Origin: Octopus vulgaris
Taxonomy: Eukaryota
Direction: 5' to 3'
DNA: 64,000 bases
NCBI GenBank assembly: GCA_951406725.2
Contig: OX597815.1
Coordinates: 159,588,001 to 159,652,000, forward strand
Part shown: positions 53,397 to 64,000 of the stretch, piece by piece
Numbering within the stretch: the stretch's first letter is position 1
Layout: each line of letters opens with the position of its first letter
The notes under the pieces: model-generated
What the model saw: the letters and a program-made list of their open reading frames with translations, nothing else
Database searches by the model: none
Told to the model about the DNA's origin: nothing
Made by a program: the position numbers and the translations under genes

Positions 53397-55812
53397 AAGA
53401 GGGCGAGTGAAGGTATTTGTTGTGATGTATCCTTTTTTTGCATGTATGTGTAAGTGGCACTCACTCGCTCGCTTTCTCTCTCTCTCTTTCACACACACAC
53501 ATTATCTTTCATACACACATACATAGTGGAGGTAAAAAATACGCACACTACCCATTTTCCGCGCAAACCTAACCCTAAACACTGGGTGTGCATATTCTTG
53601 ACCTTCGCCTATAAATACACGTGCATATAACTTTTTTGTTCATGAGAGAGAGAGAGAGGCTGTATTTCCTCATAACACCTAGAAAAATGGGTGTCTTTTG
53701 ATGCAATTTTTTGGTTTGTGGCTTATTTTAATACAATATTTATGTGTACATTTTCATAAATGTTTGTCTGAGTACAATTCTATGCATGCTTGAAACATCA
53801 GACGAAAGTGAAATATCGGAAGCAAATCAAAATATTGTCCAAATATGACCTGAAAATTGTGTGATCCAACATAGTTGCCGACATTATTTTAGTTGCAAAA
53901 AAGAGTTGTTGAGTCAAAAACATAGTTTATTTGGTAGACAGATAATAAGCAGCTTTCTTTATTACAATACAGATTCGGAGAAACATTACTTTGATTATTT
54001 ATACACTGTCACTCTCATAATGCATCCGTTTATAATTTTGGTTGAAATTGAAAGTGTGAAACCGTTTTCATTTTCTAATGAAGCCTTATCATTGTAGAGA
54101 AATGTATTTGAAATAACTATAGCTGGTTGTTGAGACAATGTAGAAAATATGTAAATGAAAATAAAGTTTATTTGATAAGTGTAATTGATTTGATTGTCCT
54201 GGTCTTAACATCAGTTGGTAAGAGTGGAAGTCATTTGATGACACCTTTTTGTTTGTAATAGGCTATCCTGTTGCAGGTCCAATCTGTGGAATATTGAAAT
54301 GATACCCATCTTGTCCATTCCACAGAATAAGAGTATACCAAACAGTATGATAAGGGAGATGAGTCAGTGAAACACATTTAAGGTTGTTATCTTGAGCACG
54401 AATGAGAATATCATGATTTTCATGGGGATCATCAACCATAAGGATGGCTACTTCATTAGATGTGGGCTAATTAAAACAGCATAAAATGTTCTTTACTTTG
54501 TTTACTATAGACATAAGGAATGCAGAAACACACTCATAGAATTGACGAGAGTAGAAACTGAAAGAGATGTACAGCAAAATGTATATGTACAAAGTTCAAA
54601 CGAAATGAAATGTAGTTAATATAGGTGAAAAGCATACTTTCTGTAGCATAGTTATGCTATAAAAAAATGGAAAAATCACCAATTTAGCAAAAGTTACTGA
54701 ATGTAGTTAATATAGGTGCAAAACATACTTTCTGTAGCATAGTTATGCTATAAAAAAAAATGGAAAGTCACCAATTTAGCAAAAGTTACTATGCGTTATC
54801 AATGTAACAAAGTACAGAAAGTCAACATTTATTTGGAACATGTACTAAATGTTATAAAATTCAAGATTGAATATCACTGTGGAGAAAGGGAAAGTCCAAG
54901 AAAATACAGATGGCATAATTCAGTTTTACATACCAAAATAATTTATTTTACAATTTTGAAACGAATGCTGAATGAAGTGGATAAAAAGGAAGATGCTGTT
55001 TTTGAACTGTGTAACATCATAGGCTGTAGAATAAAAAACTGAGAAACGCAATAAAAAGGTTGTGTACGTTGATACAATGATGAAGAATACAAGGACTGTT
55101 AGACAAACATTATCTTGGAACTGGTTAGAAAGAGTGGAATAACACTGCTGCAATTATATTGAAAGAGCCGTTGAGGCTTTCTACTTCGCCAATTTTCTGA
55201 ATTTGTTATAATAACCAGAATAACATTTTTCTTTTAGATATATTTGTGAGTATTGTAAGTGGTGTTAAATCAGCCATATCTTCATGTTGGTAGTACTTCA
55301 AAGTGAATGCTCTTGTTCATATCAAATCCAGGCCGCAACTAAACTTTCAATAACGGCGAGTTTCACTGTTGGGCAGGAGAAATTTACATACATAAACTAA
55401 GACACACACACACATATTAACGCTCACCTGAAGCCTATCTCTATCCCCGTGTGTGTCAGTTGTCACAAGAATGTTTGTATACTGACAGACACATTCACCA
55501 TCATACACATATACTTGTGAGTCATCGACCTAACGTAGGTAATGAATGTGTGAACACACTCATATAGAAAATGTGACGTCATTGTCATTGTGGCGGTGAT
55601 ATAAAATGTTTACGATAGGTGACTAGAAGAAAAATGGCAATGTTATATTTTTGTAATGCAAATTTGCAAATAAAAATGTAGCTTATTTGGTAGCCAAAAG
55701 CCTACTGAATCTTTTGATACCCCATACGTCAAAATCGGTAACTCGATTTTGGAATGCATAAGGAGCACACACACACATACATGCATGCACAAACTCTCTT
55801 TTATATATATCT
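51981..55812 (-). mobile_element. Large (~3.8 kb) decayed Helitron, a deletion derivative of an autonomous element
   Basis: ctagcaatgcatcctggcgttgcccag 3' end at 51981; ttttatatatat 5'-type end near 55800; internal RepHel relic on the same strand. Confidence 0.7.
54178..54475 (-). pseudogene. Helitron Rep/helicase fragment (not in the ORF track)
   Basis: My translation FN*PTSNEVAILMVDDPHENHDILIRAQDNNLKCVSLTHLPYHTVWYTLILWNGQDGYHFNIPQIGPATG*PITNKKVSSNDFHSYQLMLRPG fits the recalled RepHel pattern FNAPT..EVA...RDI...THRSYDALQYP..FW.GEDGYH...KKVS..FYSYRLMIR. Confidence 0.85.
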
Positions 55813-55828
55813 ATATTTTATATATACA

Positions 55829-55883
<55 letters not shown>

Positions 55884-56479
55884 AAGAGAGCCCTGCTCTC
55901 TTTAACATTACACCAAAACACATTAAAGCAGAAACAAGGCACATGAATTTCAAGAAGGCTTCAGACAAATTCCTTCAAGAAATTCCAGATAAACCTCCTA
56001 TATCCAGATATGTCTCTGTAAACAATAACTTTCTACTTGAGTGGGCCATATTGTCTGATTCCTGATTTGAATGACTTCACCAGGTGGTGCTATTAAGTTA
56101 GACATGGCCTGGCTGAAACCTATCAAAGTATGTGTGTATGTATATACATGTGTATATATATAAATATGCTCACACACACTAATATGCATACATACATACA
56201 TTTATGAGAGTGCAATGAATGGAGTAGATAAATAAAAACTATAAATGTTACATAGTAAAACAATGTTTGTGATATAACTTTTAACACACACTAAACCTGT
56301 TTAGCTAATCTTCAGGTCCTACTACCTACAATTATCGACATTGCTGCATGGGTATATTGTATTGAGCAAGGTGTTTTCTTCTCTGGCCCTAGGCTATTGT
56401 AGAAGTCGTATGCATGATAGATTTGAAAAATGTTATCATACATGTAGTATTTTACATGCCTAGTGTTTATTTTTTTTTT

Positions 56480-56797
56480 TTTAAGTCTGGTATCTACTCT
56501 ATCAGTGTCTTTTACTGAACTGCTAAAATACAGGGACATAAACACACCAGCACTGGTTGTCAAGCAGTAGTGGTGGTGATGGTTGATGTGGCAAACAGAC
56601 ACACACACACACGCATACATGCATAAATGTATATACATATATGCAATGAGCTTCTCTCAGTTTCCATGTACCAAATCTCCTCACAAGGCTACTGAGGCTA
56701 TAGTAGAAGACACTTGACCAAGGTGCCACTCAGTGGAACTGAACCCTGAGCCATGTGGTTCAAAAGCAAGCTTCTTACCACACAACCATGCCTGCGC
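56480..56797 (-). mobile_element. SINE family A copy, inverted
   Basis: Reverse complement of the family A head and body. Confidence 0.8.
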
Positions 56798-58452
56798 TTA
56801 TCTAAATATTATGACACAAGAGATTTTATTTTGTCTTTTTAAATTACATGATGGCAATTTATAACAAAGCAAACACTTGTCTATCCATCATTTTTCCTTT
56901 TTTGTTCCCAGGTTAAAAGACATTCATCATTTTCTCTTAAATACTTGTCATAACAGTGCAACATTTTTCTCAATTAAATTTACCTGACAATATTTTATTT
57001 TAAAAAAAAAGTTAAATTAAATAGAATAATAAAAATAATGAAAACAAACTGCTTATTTTGAAAACTTTTATAAAAATTATGTATGCAGGAAAGTCAAATC
57101 TTGTTATACAGTAGCTTTTTTTTTCATGCTATCAATTTGATGCAGAAGTAGATGTGAAAATCTGTTCTTTAGACAGTTATAGAAGAGGAAAAAAATATGT
57201 GTGAAGTAATGTTTTGCAGAACCAAAATCAATTGGGGAGAAAAAAAAAATGATATTTTATAGATAGATTTCTATTTCTCGAAGAAGATGCTTTAAGCTGC
57301 TTTGATATTGTTGATATAAGAAATAAGAACAAGACCATATTTAAATCCTGCTATGTAAGCTTCTAAAAGGATGAGAAGATTTTCTTCATATTATCTTTTC
57401 TTCATGAATTAAGTAGTGAGTAATATCCCTTGCTGGCACTTGAAGGGGAGGCTGTCCTTTGAACCAACACACTGTTGTGTGTACCACTGGATGACAGACT
57501 CTACTGATAATGTTATTCCATGTTTTCCAATCCATGGCATGGGCCTTAACTGAAGCATTCGTCCAAAATCCAGGGCTGCATTCTGCAGTGAGCAGGTGGA
57601 TACAGGGGCATGGCACATTCAAGAATGGTCTCTGAGACCTTTGGCATGAAAAGATATTTGTCATGGCCAGTCATCCATTTCTCACCAGCATCCTGGGTCC
57701 TCAGTGCTGACACAATGGCTGCATCAGATATAGTAGCATGAATGAATAAACATTGTCCAAGAGTATCCATATGATTTCTTGCCTCTTTTCCCCAGTTTCC
57801 TGGTTCTGGCTGCCTGAACAGAACAGCCAACCTACACCTTTTACAGTTAGGCTTGTGACCATTCTTGTCAGAGTTTTCTTCATGAAGACTGAAGATAAGT
57901 TTTAACCTCTTTTGTTACCATATTTCTTTGAGATAAAACTGTCTTTGTTTTGAAAATAGTGAATAATTTTCTAAAATAACTGTGTTATTATTAATTTGGT
58001 TTTTTGGAAATTAACATAGAATTTTCATGGAAGGTTTTAGTTTTGATTACTTTAAAACATGAACCCTCTGCCTAGTCCCTTTCTACAGTGTTTTATTTGT
58101 ATGTTTTGGGTTGACACACGGTTATTTGAGGAAGATAGCTGCAAAAGCTGCTGCAGAGAGAGATCAAACTGTTAACTAAGGGAATGTAAAGCAAACTTCT
58201 TTAACAAAACAACCATGCCAAATATAATTATATTACATTAAAAAAAAAAATGGGGAAAAAGCAATAAACAAATAACGTTTATTGATATATATATAATCAA
58301 TAACACAGGTGGGTTCAGGTTCACTCCAGCTGTTTCAGATGTGGTCTTTATTGGAAAAAAAAATTCAGGTGAAAAATTTAACAGTTAGAATTTCTCACAG
58401 AATAGAACATCATGCAAGTTGAGCTTACCAATTAGGTTACAGCTTGGAGCGT

Positions 58453-58499
<47 letters not shown>

Positions 58500-58511
58500 T
58501 ATATATATATG

Positions 58512-58550
<39 letters not shown>

Positions 58551-58553
<3 letters not shown>

Positions 58554-58929
58554 CACTGGAGTGGCTGTGTGGTAAGTAGCTTGCTTACCAACCACATGGT
58601 CCCATGTTGAGCCTCACTGCATGGCACTTCTGGCAAGTGTCTTCTACTATAGCCTCAGGCCAACCCAAACCTTGTCACTAAATTTGGTTGATGGAAACTG
58701 AAGGAAGTCTATCGTATATATATATATATATAAGTTTGTCCCCCACCCCACCATTGCTTGATAATCAATGTTGGTGTGTTTACGTCCCCGTAACTTAGTG
58801 GTTTGATAAAAAGAGACTGATGGAGTAAGTATTAGGCTTACAAAGAATAAGTCCTGGGGTTAAGTTGTTCTACTGAAGTGGTGCTCTAGCATGGCTGTCA
58901 AATGGCTGAAATGAATAAAAGAATAAAAG

Positions 58930-58930
<1 letters not shown>
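58551..58930 (+). mobile_element. SINE family A copy
   Basis: aggcactggagtggctgtgtggtaagtagc head; (aataaaag)n tail. Confidence 0.85.
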
Positions 58931-58968
<38 letters not shown>

Positions 58969-60424
58969 GATATATGGTGGGGGTCTCCTTGTCTTGACAC
59001 CACATGTTCATTGTAAATAATTGTCAATGTTATATCATACTAGCAGTGCCCTTCATTACCAGTCTTCTGTAAAAACATTACTAGTCATGGGTAAATATCC
59101 TCTTTCTTGGAAACAGGTGATGGTTGACAACAGAAAGGGCACCTGGCTGCAAAACAACAGCCTAACCCATGCAACCATAGAAAAGCGAATGTTAAAATGG
59201 TGATGATAATGATATATATATATATGTATAAATAAGACTTCTCAATCAAATTTGGTATTAAATTATTATGACCAAGCACCACAAAAAGTACCAGCAATTG
59301 CTATGTATATCAAAAGTTAATTGTATGTCTGACTTATTCCAAAGAATATGAAAGTCTGCACTTTACTGATCACAGTTTATTTACTGTGGCTCACATGTCA
59401 ATAATATCACTGAGAAAATCTCTTGAAAATTTTTGTTCCTAAATGGAGTTGAAATTGTGAGATTCTTCATTTATTCTACCTCTAAACTCAATGAAAAAAT
59501 ATAATACAAACAAATATAAATGTACAATTTAGTGGGACAGGAAAAGGTTATATATATATACACACAAACATACACATATAATGTATGTATGTGTGTGTAT
59601 TTCTATGTGTATGTGTGTGTATGTATGTATGTACTTTCAGTGTGAGGCAGAAAATAAATTAAATAACTTTAAAGTACTTTCACTTACTTTTGATGTTTCA
59701 GCAGTCAATATGTACGTGCATGTATGAATATACATGTGTACATATGTGTTTAATTGAGAATAGGTTTTTTTTTTCCTTTTTATGTTTGAAATTTTGGTCA
59801 GACAAATTTCGATTGGAAATTGATATTTTTCAGCATAAATCCCCAAAGACACCGGAATTGAAGGGGAAAACATTTTTCAAACATTATTCTGCAGAAGACC
59901 AGAATGAATATGGTACACTCACCCATTACACACATACAACAAATAGTATTTTTTTTAATAATATTAAACAACAATGATTGTAAGTTTTGAAGCTACACAA
60001 ACCATGCTTCAGTACAGAAGCCGCAATAGCTAATAATACATGAATATAACCTTGTGATTTCTCTATAACTTTGAAATGGTAGTTTAGCAATTGCAGAATA
60101 GGCTGTGTGCTTTGAAAAATAATCATTTCATTTTGTTTCAGCATATACTTTTCCATGCTTGCATAGGTCAAATTAAATTCATTGAGGCAAATTTTCTTCA
60201 GTCAGATGCTTTCTCTGTCACTGGTGATATCACAGGTGATATCAAGTAAACGATTCACATACATATGCATATATATATACACACATACATATGCATACAC
60301 AAACACACATGTATATATGCATATACATACACATACACACACATATATGTATATACATGCACACATATGCATGGACATACGCACATACATGTATGTGACA
60401 TGTTTCGTTTTAGCTTCTTATTTC

Positions 60425-60750
60425 TTTACTGCACACAAGGGGCTACACACAGAGGGGACAAACAAGAACAGACAAATGGATTAATTCGATTATATCGACC
60501 CCAGTGCGTAACTGGTACTTATTTAATCGACCCCAAAAGGATGATAGGCAAAGTCGACCTCGGTGGAATTTGAACTCAGAACGTAGTGGCAGACGAAATA
60601 CCGCTAAGCATTTCGCCCGGCGTGCTAACGTTTCTGCCAGCTCGCTGCCTTTTTTAACAGATTAAGTCGATTATATCGACCCCAGTGCATAACTGGTACT
60701 TATTTAATCGACCCTGAAAGGATGAAAGGCAAAGTCGACCTCAGCGGATT
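60425..60750 (-). mobile_element. SINE family C, young copy plus an adjacent partial duplicate (~60658-60750)
   Basis: tcgattatatcgaccccagtgc...aggcaaagtcgacctc occurs twice. Confidence 0.85.
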
Positions 60751-61894
60751 CGTTTTAATTTCTTGTCTACCACATTTACTCGTGACTGTTGCCAGCTTTG
60801 GGACATAAAAGACACATATCCAAGAGGCCACATAGTGGAGTTGAACCAGAAGCCACTTGGTTGCCAGGCAAACTTCGTAAACAATTGGCCATAACTGCAT
60901 GTTATGAAAATAATATGAAATATTATAGGTTGTAATACTGTTGCTGTGTCAGTGTAATAGAATTTTAGATAGAATAACTGCAGGCCTGTATAGCACTCTG
61001 TAATTTTATTCAGAACTGAAAATTTGAATATATATATATATGAACTGTAGTTCTGTTAAGTGACATTATCAGTGCTACTGAAAGATATAGTTGAATGTAT
61101 TGTCAATGATCTTTTGTGGGTAAATAATTATTTCCAGTTATTTGAAGGCAGATTCTTTTAAGTGTAGTGTTTGTAACCTGCATGACATGGATGGTGAACA
61201 AAATCTGCGTAAGGTAGAAATTTGCACCGAGAACTTTTGAAACGATCTTTATATGCAAAGGCCAGAGGCCAAGAATAGGGAAGAAAGACTTGAAAGAATG
61301 ACAGCCTTAAGGGAAAAGGGTCCAAATAAGTGACAGGATGCAAAAGAGTTAAATAGGAAAATATTAGGTGCATTGGAATAGAATGGGAATATCTAAGGTA
61401 AAATCAGGACTGAAAAATATAGGTAAACTGAAAAGTATTTGAAGTTCATAAAAGAAATAACCAAATTGTCAAGAAAGATTCACACAAACTTAACATTGAA
61501 ATGTGTCCCTGCAACTTAATAAATGGCAACAATGATAAAGGTTTTGAGAAACAGCTTAAAAGGGGGCCATTAAATGTTGGGTTGTATTTAGAAAGCTTTC
61601 AACAAATACTCTTATTTTATATTTATTGAAGTCAGTATAAATGATGTTACGGGTAAAAATATTATTTCATGTGTTCTCTCACTCATAAGAAAACGGCCTC
61701 GCATAATAATAATAATGAGGCTAAAAATAAAAACATCATAAGCCCTGAGTGGTTCTCTCCCCTTGAGGAAAAATTTTCATTCCCTTCTATTTCTTAGCAA
61801 ACTCTCTTTCTCCCTGTCTCTTTCTCTCAAAGCAACCATAGGTGGCAGCACCAACAGTTGCCTGTCAAAATTCCCAGGTATGTTTAAGTAATGT

Positions 61895-62110
61895 GGAGGC
61901 ATGTGGCTTAGTGGTTAGGGTGTCAGCATCATGATCGTAAGATTGTGGTTTCAATTCCTGGACCAGGCGACACATTGTGTTCTTGAGCAAAACAGCTGCA
62001 AAAATAAGTAATGTTGCGATGGACTGGCGTCCCGTCCAGCTGGGGAACACATACACCATTGAAACCGAGGAACCGGGCCCATGAGCCTGACTAGGCTTTA
62101 AAAGGGTGCA
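61895..62110 (+). mobile_element. tRNA-headed SINE
   Basis: ggaggcatgtggcttagtggttaggg...ggtttcaattcctgg...tgtgttcttgagcaa; (ttta)n tail. Confidence 0.7.
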
Positions 62111-63889
62111 TTTATTTATTTATGTTTAAGTAATAATTCTCTCTACTCTTGGCACAACATCTGAAATTTTGTGGGACGAGAGTTAGTTGACTACAATGAC
62201 CCCAGTTTTCAACTGGTATTTTATTTTATTGACTCCAAAAAGATGAAAAGTGAAGTCAACCTCTGCAGAATTTGAATTCAGAAAATTAAGCCAGAAGAAA
62301 TGCTACTGAGTATTTTGACCTGCATGCTAACAATTATACCAGCTTTAAGTAATAGTGGCAAAAACTATTATGTGTTTACTTGTATTTTTACCATTCTTTC
62401 CAGTTAACCAAAATATTGTGTGATTAATTACCTAGATGATATTTTATCCAAGTAACCTAACTTTCATATTCCTGTTTGATTTATACAGAATCTAAGAACC
62501 TTTGGAAATATGTAGGCAGTTATATTTGTTCTTTGACATGCTGCTCTGGTGCCATATGAATCAATATTTCATTACATGCTTTCATCATGGAATGTGTATG
62601 TGTGTGTGTGATAGCATTTTCAGAGAAGAGGAAATGTGAAGGGATTTGCAATGACAAATGTCAAGAATCAGAATAAAGTAAACCAAACATTCTTTTATTC
62701 TTTCACTAATCTTAGCATGTAGGCTGTTGTCATCTTGAACCACTTGCCATCAGAAGTGAGGGCTGAACCTAAGTTCATGTTCTTAAACCGGAACTTAAGT
62801 CTCACATCTTAGCCCACCCTGCCATCCCGATGTATATGCAGAAACAAATTTGATTTCTTATGATAGAATGAAGTCATAGATTTGGCAAGATGGAAAGCCG
62901 GTGTTGTCAGTTTGAGAAATCTTGATATTTCACCATTATTTATTTTCCCCACATTCCAGTAGGATAAAGAAGAATAAAACGGTTGCCTAATGCTTGATTT
63001 GAATTCAGTACAAAAAGGGATAGAACGAGATCACCACAAGACATTTTGTGTGCGACTCTAAAAATTCCAACATTCATCACTTTTATAAAGCAACTGATAA
63101 AAACAATGCACAAGGCCATCAATTTCGAGTGGAGGGATTTGTCAATAACATCAACCTCAGTACACGTTGAGTACTTTATTTTCCCAACCCCAAGAAGGAT
63201 GAGAGTCAAAGTTGACCTCAGCACAATTTGAATTCAGAAGGTAAAGAGTGTGTAGAACTACCATTTAGCATTTTTTTTTACACTCTAATGACTCTGCCAA
63301 TTTGCTACCTTCACAAGTAAAAGTAATAACAATATTTTCTCAGTTCTGTTTCTCTTTGTTTACATTTCATCCTTCTTACATTTTACATTAATATTTTAGC
63401 CATTAATTCATTTGTAATTCGATTGATAGTGTTATTTCTTATTGTAAACATTGAACTGAAGTGGGGCACCCTGCTGTGTTGGACATTGGTATATATAATA
63501 TATAGTAACAACACACTGAGTTCATCTTCCTCTGTTACATTAATTGAATAAAAATGCCATTTTTTTCTGTTTGTTTTCCCCACCTGCTAAACTTTATAAG
63601 TGTATGAGACTTGGAAATTCTTTTATATTTGTAACCAATTATAAAACTCTTCATAAACAAAGGCAAAAAAATTATTTTTCAAACACAGGAAATCAGACTA
63701 TGAATAAACTAAATTATTTTTCCTATATAGATGTCTCTATGGGACTATGTATTGATAAAGTGTATGACACAGGAACCAAATTACATCTCTTGTGTCTCCC
63801 TTGACTCCTGCAGCCCAACACCTCTCTGCTCTCTATCTCTCTCTCTCACGCCACTACCAACTGCATCATTGTTATCCTGTCACTTCCTA

Positions 63890-64000
63890 TAAGGTGGTAT
63901 CAAAAAGTTATGGATTAGTTATGTTTAATAAAAATAACTTACTTAGCTAAGTTTTAACATCATTTCCTTCGAAACAGTCAACTTGCACAGCAATACACTG
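63890..64000 (-). mobile_element. 3' end of a mariner element running off the window
   Basis: TA followed by taaggtggtatcaaaaagt (TIR-like); minus strand encodes QCIAVQVDCFEGN, like the mariner C-terminus KCI...GDYFE. Confidence 0.7.

Noticed and set aside
56912-56953. Strong acceptor followed by VKR..., a possible next KATNIP exon
   Set aside because: Stops after 13 codons (VKRHSSFSLKYLS*) and lacks the expected LDG and RKGPG motifs.
61150-61620. A-rich coding-like stretch
   Set aside because: Multiple stops in all frames; at best a highly decayed LINE that I cannot assign.

Overview
AT-rich, microsatellite-dense animal genomic DNA. The SINE repertoire and style look like a coleoid cephalopod, probably Octopus; this is inferred from repeat families, not a database match. 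The only host coding sequence I can support is two + strand exons (1478-1655, 14129-14294) of KATNIP/KIAA0556 (katanin-interacting ciliary protein), which splice in frame. I could not find the next expected exon in the remaining ~49.7 kb, so nearly the whole window appears intronic. The introns hold at least three SINE families, (GAT)n-tailed retroposon ends, a full-length decayed mariner plus two Tc1/mariner ends, a hAT-like MITE, four minus-strand Helitron-type elements (one with a RepHel relic, one carrying a LINE ORF1-like fragment), RTE and R4/Dong-like LINE fragments, and several fold-back repeats. Best leads: a Penelope-type minimal hammerhead ribozyme-like motif at ~47.7 kb inside a local duplication; a possible frameshifting cassette exon whose 5' splice site sits in the loop of a 43-bp hairpin; and long inverted repeats whose mismatches favour G-U pairs on the sense strand (possible ADAR substrates). 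Most ORFs in the supplied track are microsatellite or SINE artefacts. Repeat boundaries are approximate.
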